From Agrobacterium sp. 719_389 (GTDB lineage: Bacteria; Bacteroidota; Bacteroidia; UBA8524), in the NCBI GenBank assembly GCA_943370295.1, contig CALRQL020000008.1, positions 46,865 through 110,864 of the forward strand: 64,000 nucleotides of DNA, given 5' to 3'. The stretch's first letter is position 1; the number at the start of each line of letters is the position of its first letter. The position numbers and the translations under genes were made by a program. Below the pieces are notes generated by a model that saw only the letters and a list, made by a program, of their open reading frames with translations, had not been told where the DNA came from and did not search any database. Positions 19,399 through 27,694 of this stretch are shown here, piece by piece.

Positions 19399-21858
19399 AT
19401 GAAGAAAATTATACTACCACTTCTTATTCTTTTCACGATAAATACCGTTAAGGCGCAACAAGATTTTGTATGCCACCCGCACGATGATAAGTTAACCCCC
19501 CGTGAACATCCTGTTGATATTACCCGAATGAAAGTTGAGGTGTCTTTTGTTCCTGAGAAAAAACTGGTAAAAGGCAAAGTTACCCATACTTTTATCCCTC
19601 TACGCAGCGTGGTTGACTCTGTCTTTTTTGATGCCCCCGGAATAAAAATACAATCGGCACAACTGAACGGTAAGGACATAAAGTTTACTACCAATAGCGA
19701 CGGTGTTACCGTTTTCCCAAGCCCCGCTTTAGCATACAGCAAAGACAATAAAGCCTACGACTTGGTGTTTGTGTACGAAGCAACTCCAAAACGCGGTATT
19801 TATTTTATTGGTTGGGACCAACCCGAAGACCCTACTAATACTAACCCGTGGAGAATACGCAGGCAAGTATGGACACAAGGACAGGGCATAGACAACCGCC
19901 ATTGGATACCCATGTACGACGATGCCAACGATAAGTTTATTAGCGAAACTGTTGTGACGTTTGATAAGAAATACAAAGTGCTTTCGAACGGTAACAAGCT
20001 GACTGAAAAAGACAACGGGAATAACACTAAAACGTGGCATTATGCTATGACTAAGCCCCATGCAGGTTACCTGTTGATGCTGGGTATTGGTGAGTATGAA
20101 ATTCGCCAAAGCAAAACATCAAGAGGAACTCCGCTATACTTTTGGTACTATCCTGATTTGAAAGAGTGGGTAGAACCTACCTACCGCTACACCGAAAAGA
20201 TGTTTGACTTGCTGGAAAAAGAAACCGGCATCCCTTACCCTTGGGAAAGCTATGCTGAGATTATGGTGCAGGACTTTTTGTATGGCGCAATGGAAAACAC
20301 TACGGCCACCATCTTTGGCGATTTCTTTTATGTAGATAACCGCGCTTTCTTAGACCGTAACTATGTAGGTGTAAACTGCCACGAGCTTACCCACCAATGG
20401 TTCGGCGATTATATTACCCACCGCAGCCACAGCGAAATGTGGTTGCACGAAAGTTACGCTACTTACTACCCAAAACTGTGGGTGCTTCGTGAAGAAGGCG
20501 TAGCCCCCTACCAATGGGCGTTGAAAAGTGAAATGGACAGGGCCTTGGAGGCCGGCAAAAAAGACAGCTATCCGGTGCGTCACTCAATGGGCGGTTCAGC
20601 AAGAGTGTACCCCAAAGGCTCTGTAATTATCGGGATGTTGAAAGACGAACTGGGCGAAGCTGATTTTAACCGTGCCTTAAACCATTACTTAACTAAAAAC
20701 GCCTATAAAAACGTTGAAACCAACGATTTATACCAAGCAATACAAGACGTTTTAGGACTTTCGCCCTCGTGGTTTTTTGAGCAATGGTTATACAAAGGCG
20801 GAGAGCCTCACTACAGCGTGAAATGGGAAGATTTGAAACTTGAGGGAGGAAACGGACGACGTACTACCCGCGTTCATGTGAAACAAATACACCGTCAAAC
20901 CGATGTGATAGGTTTGTTTAAAATGCACTTTGATATTGAGGTGTATTACCAAAACGGTACCCATACCCGCCAGCGTGTTTGGGTTGAGAAAGAAGACGAA
21001 ACGTTTGATATACCGAATGCCAATAACGACGGGGTGGCTTTTGTGGTGTTTGATGCAGGCAATAAGGTGTTGAAAAACCTTACTTATGCCCGTTCTTATA
21101 ATGAACTGGAACGACAAGCACTGGGGGCTAACGAGCCTATTGACCGCTATTTGGCGTTGCTGGAACTGAAGAATACTGATATTGAAAAGAAACGGGGCTT
21201 GCTGCATAAAGTAATTGATGAGGCTTCATTTTATGGCCTTAGAGCTGAAGCAGCAGCCCAATTGGCCAATGATACCGCCAGCCCCAAACACATTGTAAAG
21301 GCATTAAAAGATGCAAATGTTAATGTGCGCAAGGCAGTAGTTAACGCCATGAATAAGGTGCCTTTTGAATTACTGCTTGATGTGGAGGCATTGCTAAAAG
21401 ACTCATCGTACGTGGTGATTGAAACAGCCTTTGACAAATTGTGCAAAGACTATCCGGATTTACGTGAACGCTTTTTAGAGGCAACCAAAGATGTTTTGGG
21501 GATGAACAATGCCATGCGCATTAAATGGCTTGAAGCTGCGGGCAGCATGGTTGCCACTGCTAAGCCCGAGTACTGGATACAATTAACGGCATTTGCCGGG
21601 CCTGGGTATGAGTTTCGCACAAGGTTGAATGCTTTTGAAGCGTTGAAACGCCTGAACCTGTTTAATCAAAACGTGTTTAACAATCTTTTAGATGCCGCTG
21701 CTGCTCAAAACAGCCGTTTGGCAGGTCCTGCATACAGCACGCTTGAGTTTTTCATCAAGCAGTCGCAAAACAAGGCCAACGCAAAGTTCTTTTTGAGCCT
21801 TACCCCACAAACCGGCAAAAAGGCTGAACTTGTGAAACAATTGGGAATAGTAGATTAG
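19399..21858 (+). CDS. Secreted M1-family zinc aminopeptidase with C-terminal HEAT-like region
   Basis: HELTHQWFGD (HExxH), WLHESYATY (downstream Glu ligand), GAMEN and a signal peptide are present. Confidence 0.85.
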   Translation: MKKIILPLLILFTINTVKAQQDFVCHPHDDKLTPREHPVDITRMKVEVSFVPEKKLVKGKVTHTFIPLRSVVDSVFFDAPGIKIQSAQLNGKDIKFTTNSDGVTVFPSPALAYSKDNKAYDLVFVYEATPKRGIYFIGWDQPEDPTNTNPWRIRRQVWTQGQGIDNRHWIPMYDDANDKFISETVVTFDKKYKVLSNGNKLTEKDNGNNTKTWHYAMTKPHAGYLLMLGIGEYEIRQSKTSRGTPLYFWYYPDLKEWVEPTYRYTEKMFDLLEKETGIPYPWESYAEIMVQDFLYGAMENTTATIFGDFFYVDNRAFLDRNYVGVNCHELTHQWFGDYITHRSHSEMWLHESYATYYPKLWVLREEGVAPYQWALKSEMDRALEAGKKDSYPVRHSMGGSARVYPKGSVIIGMLKDELGEADFNRALNHYLTKNAYKNVETNDLYQAIQDVLGLSPSWFFEQWLYKGGEPHYSVKWEDLKLEGGNGRRTTRVHVKQIHRQTDVIGLFKMHFDIEVYYQNGTHTRQRVWVEKEDETFDIPNANNDGVAFVVFDAGNKVLKNLTYARSYNELERQALGANEPIDRYLALLELKNTDIEKKRGLLHKVIDEASFYGLRAEAAAQLANDTASPKHIVKALKDANVNVRKAVVNAMNKVPFELLLDVEALLKDSSYVVIETAFDKLCKDYPDLRERFLEATKDVLGMNNAMRIKWLEAAGSMVATAKPEYWIQLTAFAGPGYEFRTRLNAFEALKRLNLFNQNVFNNLLDAAAAQNSRLAGPAYSTLEFFIKQSQNKANAKFFLSLTPQTGKKAELVKQLGIVD

Positions 21859-21888
21859 TCTTAGAGTTAGCATTAGCCTTAAATAAAA

Positions 21889-21916
21889 ATCCCCCGAAAG
21901 CATACTTTCGGGGGAT
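21889..21916. terminator. Hairpin terminator between convergent genes
   Basis: ATCCCCCGAAAG-CATA-CTTTCGGGGGAT is flanked by A-run and T-run. Confidence 0.75.
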
Positions 21917-21940
21917 TTTATGTTTTATAGCCGGTACAGC

Positions 21941-22873
21941 TTAGGCAGTTTCAACCAGTTCAATATCAAATTGAGACAGGTTTTTAAATTGCTGTATACG
22001 GTCGTTAATCTCTTTTTGGCTTAGGTTTACCAAACGTTCCGTTCCGAACTTCTCTACGCAGAAAGAAGCCATCGCCGAGCCGTAAATAATAGCACGTTTC
22101 ATGTTTTCAAAGCTCACGTCTTCAGTTTGGCTTAAATAACCGATAAAACCACCCGCAAAGGTATCACCGGCACCTGTTGGGTCAAAAACATCTTCAAGCG
22201 GCAATGCAGGGGCAAAAAACACTTCGTTTTGGTGGAACAATAAGGCACCGTGCTCTCCTTTTTTGATAATCAAAAACTGAGGGCCCATCGCCATTATCTT
22301 TTTTGCAGCTTTCACCAACGAGTATTCGCCTGAAAGTTCGCGGGCTTCTTCGTCGTTAATGGTCAATACGTCCACCATTTTCAACGTTTGACGCAAATCA
22401 TCCATGGCAATCTGCATCCAAAAGTTCATAGTGTCCATAACAATCAATCGAGGACGTTTTGCCAAACGGTTAATTACCGTTTCCTGCACCTTTGGGGTAA
22501 GGTTGCCCAGCATCAAAAACTCACAGTTTTGGTAGCTTTCAGGAATAATAGGGTCAAAATCACCCAATACGTTCAATTCAGTAACTAGCGTATCGCGGCT
22601 GTTCATGTCGTTGTGGTACTTTCCGCTCCAAAAAAACGATTTCTCGCCTTGCTTAATCTGCAAACCGTCGGTATTAATACCGTGTTGTTGCATCATCGCA
22701 ATATCAGTTTTGGGGAAATCTTCGCCCACCACGGCCACTAAGTTCACATCTTTGGTGAAATAGGAAGCACTAAGGCTGATATAGGTAGCTGCACCACCAA
22801 TAATTTTGTCGGTTTTGCCAAATGGCGTTTCGATGGCATCAAATGCTACTGAGCCGATTACAAGTAAACTCAT
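21941..22873 (-). CDS. PfkB-family carbohydrate/nucleoside kinase
   Basis: DPTGAGDTFAGGF is present. The N-terminus MSLLVIGSVAFD starts at the ATG at 22873; the track start at 22900 is TTG. Confidence 0.8.
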   Translation of the reverse strand: MSLLVIGSVAFDAIETPFGKTDKIIGGAATYISLSASYFTKDVNLVAVVGEDFPKTDIAMMQQHGINTDGLQIKQGEKSFFWSGKYHNDMNSRDTLVTELNVLGDFDPIIPESYQNCEFLMLGNLTPKVQETVINRLAKRPRLIVMDTMNFWMQIAMDDLRQTLKMVDVLTINDEEARELSGEYSLVKAAKKIMAMGPQFLIIKKGEHGALLFHQNEVFFAPALPLEDVFDPTGAGDTFAGGFIGYLSQTEDVSFENMKRAIIYGSAMASFCVEKFGTERLVNLSQKEINDRIQQFKNLSQFDIELVETA

Positions 22874-23010
22874 CAGATTTTTAAAAATTTTTTTATGCAA
22901 ATATTGCGTTTTTAAATCTTAAATCCTATCATTGCAGTCCTTTTTTGAAAGGACAACCGGTAACAAACCTTGATAAGCCAAAGGCTGGCAAGGTGAGTTA
23001 AACAAAAAAT

Positions 23011-23084
23011 TCCTCGATAGCTCAGCCGGTTAGAGCACCTGACTGTTAATCAGGGGGTCGCTGGTTCGAGTCCAGCTCGGGGAG
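23011..23084 (+). tRNA. tRNA-Asn (anticodon GTT)
   Basis: A cloverleaf folds by hand: acceptor TCCTCGA/TCGGGGA (one G-U), D-arm AGCTCAGCCGGTTAGAGC, anticodon loop CTGTTAA, T-arm GCTGG-TTCGAGT-CCAGC. No CCA is encoded. Confidence 0.9.
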
Positions 23085-23131
23085 CTAAAATCAAAGCCAT
23101 CTCAGTTCGGGATGGCTTTTTTGTTTATGTT
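23064..23131 (+). repeat. Direct repeat copy 1 (tRNA-Asn 3' portion plus downstream terminator)
   Basis: GGTTCGAGTCCAGCTCGGGGAGCTAAAATCAAAGCCATCTCAGTTCGGGATGGCTTTTTTGTTTATGTT is repeated at 23968-24036. Confidence 0.85.
23093..23123 (+). terminator. Rho-independent terminator of tRNA-Asn
   Basis: AAAGCCATC-TCAGTTCGG-GATGGCTTT is followed by a T-run. Confidence 0.75.
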
Positions 23132-23196
23132 GGTTTAGGTAGCCAAGAAACACCTATTGCTTGTGTATAGTGGCATAAGTTTCGTAAATTTGTAAT

Positions 23197-23358
23197 ATGA
23201 AAATGTCTCTAAAAGTTAGTAAGCGAGTTGATTCTTATCTTAAAAGGATGGAAGAGGCTATGCCCGAAATAAAGAGGCAAATTGAGGTTTACGAGAAAAA
23301 TATCCAATCTGGCAAATTGATTAAGCCAAAAATTGCCCCTCAATTTAATAATGCCTAA
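23197..23358 (+). CDS. 53-aa ORF (not in ORF track), candidate antitoxin/partner of the downstream P-loop kinase
   Basis: Hand translation: MKMSLKVSKRVDSYLKRMEEAMPEIKRQIEVYEKNIQSGKLIKPKIAPQFNNA*. Its stop overlaps the downstream ATG in ATGCCTAA. Confidence 0.45.
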   Translation: MKMSLKVSKRVDSYLKRMEEAMPEIKRQIEVYEKNIQSGKLIKPKIAPQFNNA

Positions 23359-23944
23359 ACCCGTTTTGTTGGTAATTGCCGGATGCAACGGTGCCGGGAA
23401 ATCTTCCTTTTCAAAATTACTTTCTCCCTCCGGTCTTGTTCCCTTTGATTATGACTTGCACTTTCTGAAGTTTTATGAAGGAATTATTGAGTCTGAACTG
23501 CGCGAGACAATGGCTCATAATATGGCTTTTGAAGAATTAGAAAATCAGATAAAGAACGCTATTTTAGCAAATAAGGATTTTTGTTACGAAACTAATTTTA
23601 ACCATACTCCTTTACATTGGCCAAAACTTTTTAAAGACAATGGCTATGAACTTCGGATGGTGTTTTTTTCATTAAACTCAATTGAGGAGGCGAAAAGGAG
23701 GGTTGCTATAAGGGTTCAAAATGGCGGGCACTTTGTGCCTGATTATGAAATTGAAAAAAGGTACTATGAAGGTTTTTACAACTTAAACTTGAACTACAAG
23801 TTTTTTGATTCTATTGATTTGTTTGATACATCCGTTTATGGTTCCGAACCAAGCTATGTTTTTTCAATTGAAAACGGGCAATTAATTCTACCTAAAACGT
23901 TGCCAAAGTATTTAGAAAAATTATTACCCGATATATTAGTTTAA
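23351..23944 (+). CDS. Zeta-toxin-like / AAA P-loop kinase family protein
   Basis: Walker A LLVIAGCNGAGKSSF lies at the extreme N-terminus, and the size (~197 aa) fits the zeta/COG4185 family. The ATG at 23351 is preferred over the track TTG at 23333. Confidence 0.55.
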   Translation: MPKPVLLVIAGCNGAGKSSFSKLLSPSGLVPFDYDLHFLKFYEGIIESELRETMAHNMAFEELENQIKNAILANKDFCYETNFNHTPLHWPKLFKDNGYELRMVFFSLNSIEEAKRRVAIRVQNGGHFVPDYEIEKRYYEGFYNLNLNYKFFDSIDLFDTSVYGSEPSYVFSIENGQLILPKTLPKYLEKLLPDILV

Positions 23945-23967
23945 TCAGTACCGAATTTATTTGGGAC

Positions 23968-24036
23968 GGTTAGAGTCCAGCTCGGGGGGCAAAAATCAAA
24001 GCCATCTCAGTTCGGGATGGCTTTTTTGTTTATGTT
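23968..24036 (+). repeat. Direct repeat copy 2 (pseudo-tRNA 3' end plus terminator copy)
   Basis: GGTTAGAGTCCAGCTCGGGGGGCAAAAATCAAAGCCATCTCAGTTCGGGATGGCTTTTTTGTTTATGTT has about 3 small differences from copy 1 and includes a second terminator hairpin at 23998-24027. Confidence 0.85.
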
Positions 24037-24046
24037 TGAGTTTCAA

Positions 24047-24622
24047 ATGAGCGGGGTACAGGAAGTTTACTTTGGTGACATTAACTCTTTTGCAATTAGA
24101 TATGTTGCGGGACACAAACACATTTACCAAGGAACAACGTGGTATTACGCATTTCTTCATTTGTGCTTAAATGGGCAAATTATAGGAAACCCGAAGGAAT
24201 CTTGTTCAGTGTTGACGTGGTTGCAAAGCATTAGTATGCTTTTAACACGGGTTAAAAACAATGAGCTTAACCACAACGAGTTTTTAAACAAAAAGGATGA
24301 TGAGCTTTTTGAGCTTATTTGGAAAGCCAATCAAGAAAAGAAAGAGTTTAAACCCGAATACACTTACTTACCACAGTTAGATAGTTTGGTTTGGAGTAAC
24401 TGCCACCTAAGTATTGACGAAACTACTGACGCTTACCTAATTACAACAACACAAACAGGAAATACAATTAGGATAATATGGCAAGGGTGGCGGGAGCCTT
24501 GTCCAAGTGGTTTGATCGATATAATGTTTTCACTTACTATTCACAAAGAGGAATTGATTCAAACGCTTAACGAATGTTACGAAACAGTGATGGCCGATTT
24601 GATTAATTACAAGGACAAGTAA
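24047..24622 (+). CDS. Hypothetical protein (orphan, AT-rich gene)
   Basis: ORF starting at the ATG at 24047; the track start at 24017 lies inside the terminator repeat. No motif was recognised. Confidence 0.5.
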   Translation: MSGVQEVYFGDINSFAIRYVAGHKHIYQGTTWYYAFLHLCLNGQIIGNPKESCSVLTWLQSISMLLTRVKNNELNHNEFLNKKDDELFELIWKANQEKKEFKPEYTYLPQLDSLVWSNCHLSIDETTDAYLITTTQTGNTIRIIWQGWREPCPSGLIDIMFSLTIHKEELIQTLNECYETVMADLINYKDK

Positions 24623-24684
24623 GGATAACTTTTTTGTTTACAAAAACATCTTAAAACTTAAACTCGTTTTTATTCACTAGCAAA

Positions 24685-25950
24685 TTATACTAATAGCTTT
24701 CTAGTATCAAAGTAACTATCAAACTGTATTTCTTTTTTCAGCCTTTCTGATAGCACATTATTGGCTATAAGTATTTCCACAACATCCTTTCTGTGAATAC
24801 CGCAGGTTAATTTGTTGTAGGCAGCTTCTAACGGTTCCTTACATTCTTCTGTCTTATTGGTTTGGTAGATGTTTATGTATCCATAAATCAACGCATGCAT
24901 ATCGTGCTCATTTTTGCACCGCCCTATTATTTTGGTAAGCAGTACACTGTCCCCTTTTTTGTAGTTGGCTACTAGTAAATTTAAATATTGATGGGGTATT
25001 CTAACCTTCTCAATTTTTTCAATTGCAAACAGCCTAATATCATTACCCGAAAAATATTTTAATGCTTCTGCCGCAAACTCTACAAGCCTTTCTTCTTTTT
25101 TAATCTTGCTTTTTGCAAGAGCTAAAATAGGAGCATAGTTATATGGATATTTTACTACACTAAATATCTGTAAATACTTTTCAAGTTTAAGCCTGTTGTT
25201 TTCTTTTAAAAAATCGTCCGCTAGTTTTGTAATATCCTTATCAGCAAGCTCTTTAATCCATAACGGCGGTACCACTACTATTGAATTATTATTAATTTTT
25301 TCTTTAACCGTTTTATAAGTTAGTCTTGGCCTTTTTGATTTTTTACTCTCAGCCGTATTGTTTTCAACTGCATTAAGGTATGCCCTAATAAACCTATTGG
25401 TTTTGCCAGCGTTTCTTAATTCTTCGTAGGCATTAATATTGGGGTATATTTCGTGGAAAGAGTCTATAAGACTTTTGTCTTCCCATGCTTCAGAGTCTTT
25501 CTTAATAATCTTCCCTTTGCGTCTAGCTATGTATTTTAAGCCTTTCAGTTCGTCAAGTTTTATAATTGCGGTTTCTCCCAACCACCCCGCCCCTTCAATT
25601 TTCTTTTTACTATATCTGTTGTAAATGGCTTTTTTCGCTTCTTTGTCCCCTTTTTTTGCAAAAAGGGCAGTAAGGTCATAAAGCTGGTCAAGTGCCCACG
25701 TATCTTCTTTTTCAGCCGCTAACCCATCTAAAACAGCTTTTCTGATTTTCTTTTTTTGGTTTGATAATTCAATGAGCTCAAAAACATAATCAGCTCTGCT
25801 ACCCTCACTTTGCGAGTCGTAGGATAAATTTGTTAACGCCGCTTTAATAATATATTTAGAAAAGTCAACCTTTGGATTTTCATACAACAATAAGTGTGCT
25901 TCTCCTGTGCCTCGTTTTATGGCACTTTTAAATTTTTGTTTGCTCGTCAT
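24685..25950 (-). CDS. Hypothetical Lys-rich all-alpha protein (421 aa)
   Basis: A long uninterrupted ORF in AT-rich DNA. Its helical-repeat-like composition matches no catalytic motif I recognise. Confidence 0.5.
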   Translation of the reverse strand: MTSKQKFKSAIKRGTGEAHLLLYENPKVDFSKYIIKAALTNLSYDSQSEGSRADYVFELIELSNQKKKIRKAVLDGLAAEKEDTWALDQLYDLTALFAKKGDKEAKKAIYNRYSKKKIEGAGWLGETAIIKLDELKGLKYIARRKGKIIKKDSEAWEDKSLIDSFHEIYPNINAYEELRNAGKTNRFIRAYLNAVENNTAESKKSKRPRLTYKTVKEKINNNSIVVVPPLWIKELADKDITKLADDFLKENNRLKLEKYLQIFSVVKYPYNYAPILALAKSKIKKEERLVEFAAEALKYFSGNDIRLFAIEKIEKVRIPHQYLNLLVANYKKGDSVLLTKIIGRCKNEHDMHALIYGYINIYQTNKTEECKEPLEAAYNKLTCGIHRKDVVEILIANNVLSERLKKEIQFDSYFDTRKLLV

Positions 25951-25992
25951 TCAATTGTTTATTCCTTCTTTAGTCTAGAGAATAGATCGAGC

Positions 25993-26343
25993 CTATAGCG
26001 GCTGCCCAAAAGTCAATAAATTATTGTCCGGATCAAGTAACGCAAACTCCTTTTGCCCCCAAGGTTTCACTTGTAAAAGGCCGTTGGGGTGTATGCGGAT
26101 TTTTTCATCCAGCAACGTTTGGTAAAAAGCACTAATGTTATCCAATCGTATATAAACCTGTCCGTAGTTTTCAGCAGGGTTAAGGTCTTTAAACTCAAAA
26201 AAGTGAATTTCGACCAAATCTTTCTTAACCATCAGGTAACCGTCGTAATCTCCCAGCTCTTCAAAGCCAAGCCGGTCTACATAGTACGCTCTGGTTGCGT
26301 TTTTATCGCGCATGGGCAGTTTAGGGCAAATAGCTGTTAACAT
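25993..26343 (-). CDS. VOC-superfamily protein, bleomycin-resistance/glyoxalase-like
   Basis: 116 aa. The RAYYVDRLGFE... and ...FALLDPDNNLLTFGQ pattern is typical of bleomycin-binding VOC proteins. Confidence 0.65.
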   Translation of the reverse strand: MLTAICPKLPMRDKNATRAYYVDRLGFEELGDYDGYLMVKKDLVEIHFFEFKDLNPAENYGQVYIRLDNISAFYQTLLDEKIRIHPNGLLQVKPWGQKEFALLDPDNNLLTFGQPL

Positions 26344-26399
26344 AGTTTTTGTTGTAAATAGTTTGAAAATATAAGGGATTTACCGTTGAGGAATATCAA

Positions 26400-26945
26400 T
26401 CAGTATATGTCTTTCTTCAATACCTTCAAAATCTCCTTTGTTTTAATCCCGAACGAAACCTTGGTTTTGTCCGCTTGGTCTTCAATGCAGGTAATTAGCT
26501 CATTCTTTAAGTCGGGAAACTCTTTGGTTAAACCAAACAATACCTCCATAGCGTGCGTTTTTACCGAAACACTCGTCGCTGGGTCGATTAGCCAGTCAAA
26601 TAACAGGTTAATGGCATCCCCCTTGTTCTCTTGAGGCACACCGGCAATTCGCCAATATTTAACAAACGAGTAAGTAAAATCCTTAATGCTGGTTTGTTTC
26701 CTGCGTTCAAACAAATATGGCAAAACAGCAAGCAGATCTGTTGATTTATACATACCGATTTCGCTCAAGAACCAAGAAAAGCGCAACGCGGTGGTTCGGT
26801 CTTCATACAAAAACAGGTCGCAAAGCTCTTTTATGTCTATCTCCTCATCAACAATTTGCGCAATCCACAACGTTCGCTGCTGCAGTGTGCTTGACTTCAG
26901 TGATTGCTTGAGCGTATTTATGAGGAGAGTGTTTGCTTTCACCAA
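26400..26945 (-). CDS. Hypothetical all-alpha (HEAT/AlkD-like?) protein
   Basis: A 181-aa helical-repeat-like sequence. The family assignment is uncertain. Confidence 0.4.
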   Translation of the reverse strand: MVKANTLLINTLKQSLKSSTLQQRTLWIAQIVDEEIDIKELCDLFLYEDRTTALRFSWFLSEIGMYKSTDLLAVLPYLFERRKQTSIKDFTYSFVKYWRIAGVPQENKGDAINLLFDWLIDPATSVSVKTHAMEVLFGLTKEFPDLKNELITCIEDQADKTKVSFGIKTKEILKVLKKDIY

Positions 26946-26965
26946 GGAGATTATTTAGGTAAAAA

Positions 26966-27652
26966 TTAACGTGTTTTTAAATCGGCAACTATACTTTCCA
27001 AATTCACAAGTTCTTCTTCATCTACTGATATACCGATACTTCCAGTCTTAGTCTTTACAGTAAGACTATATCTGTTGCCCCATTCGTATTTTGTTAGTTC
27101 ATAGTCGTTTACTAACCAATACAAACAAAACTCCATTTCACTCTTAGATTTTTCGTCGGTTTCTTTTTCAATTGCAGTCTTTAGCTTTTCTTCAAAGTAC
27201 ACTAAATCATTACGGCCTATTACATCCGCAGTTTTCCGCCTCACCACTGCACTTTTATCTTCCAACCCCTTTTCTAAAACAGCATCCATAACAGGTTTTA
27301 CAGGTTCATACAGCATATTAAGGACTATGTTTTTCCGCACAGTAGCAGAGCGGTGTTCGCTCAGTTTCAAAAACAAATCCCCTGCCCTGTTATCGCAAAA
27401 CGATAGCGAACACATCAGCTTTCCCGAATAATGACACATTACCCTAATGTCTGTTCTTTGCAGGGCCTCCTCAAAAAGGGCAAGGTCGGCATCCGTAAGT
27501 TGCCTGCTGCTTTGGATGTGGTAAGCCGTCTCAATCAGTTTGTCCAGCAACGGTTTTTCGCCAATCGTTTTTTTGGTTAAATAACGGGTTTCTATGCTTT
27601 TTCTCTCCTCAATGCTTTCAGTCAATTCAAAATCGTAGCAATCTACTTTCAT
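26966..27652 (-). CDS. Hypothetical HEAT-repeat-like protein
   Basis: The DKSAVVRRKTADVIG segment resembles a HEAT repeat. 228 aa. Confidence 0.4.
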   Translation of the reverse strand: MKVDCYDFELTESIEERKSIETRYLTKKTIGEKPLLDKLIETAYHIQSSRQLTDADLALFEEALQRTDIRVMCHYSGKLMCSLSFCDNRAGDLFLKLSEHRSATVRKNIVLNMLYEPVKPVMDAVLEKGLEDKSAVVRRKTADVIGRNDLVYFEEKLKTAIEKETDEKSKSEMEFCLYWLVNDYELTKYEWGNRYSLTVKTKTGSIGISVDEEELVNLESIVADLKTR

Positions 27653-27694
27653 TTAATATCAATTTGGTGTTACAAAGTACTAATTTTAGGCACT

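Noticed and set aside
19323-19748. A 141-aa minus-strand ORF spans the aminopeptidase start region.
   Set aside because: It is antisense to a well-supported M1 peptidase gene and runs into the repeat and promoter region. It has low-complexity, Cys/Ser-rich shadow-frame composition.
22901-23010. A small structured RNA (SRP, 6S or similar) might lie upstream of tRNA-Asn.
   Set aside because: Only a short hairpin (GTCCTTTTTTGAAAGGAC) is present, with no conserved SRP or 6S features that I can recognise. This is more likely promoter or spacer sequence for the tRNA.
24017-24046. The N-terminal extension MAFLFMFEFQ of the 24017-24622 ORF.
   Set aside because: These codons lie inside the duplicated terminator hairpin and T-run (23998-24036). 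The ATG at 24047 is the more plausible start.
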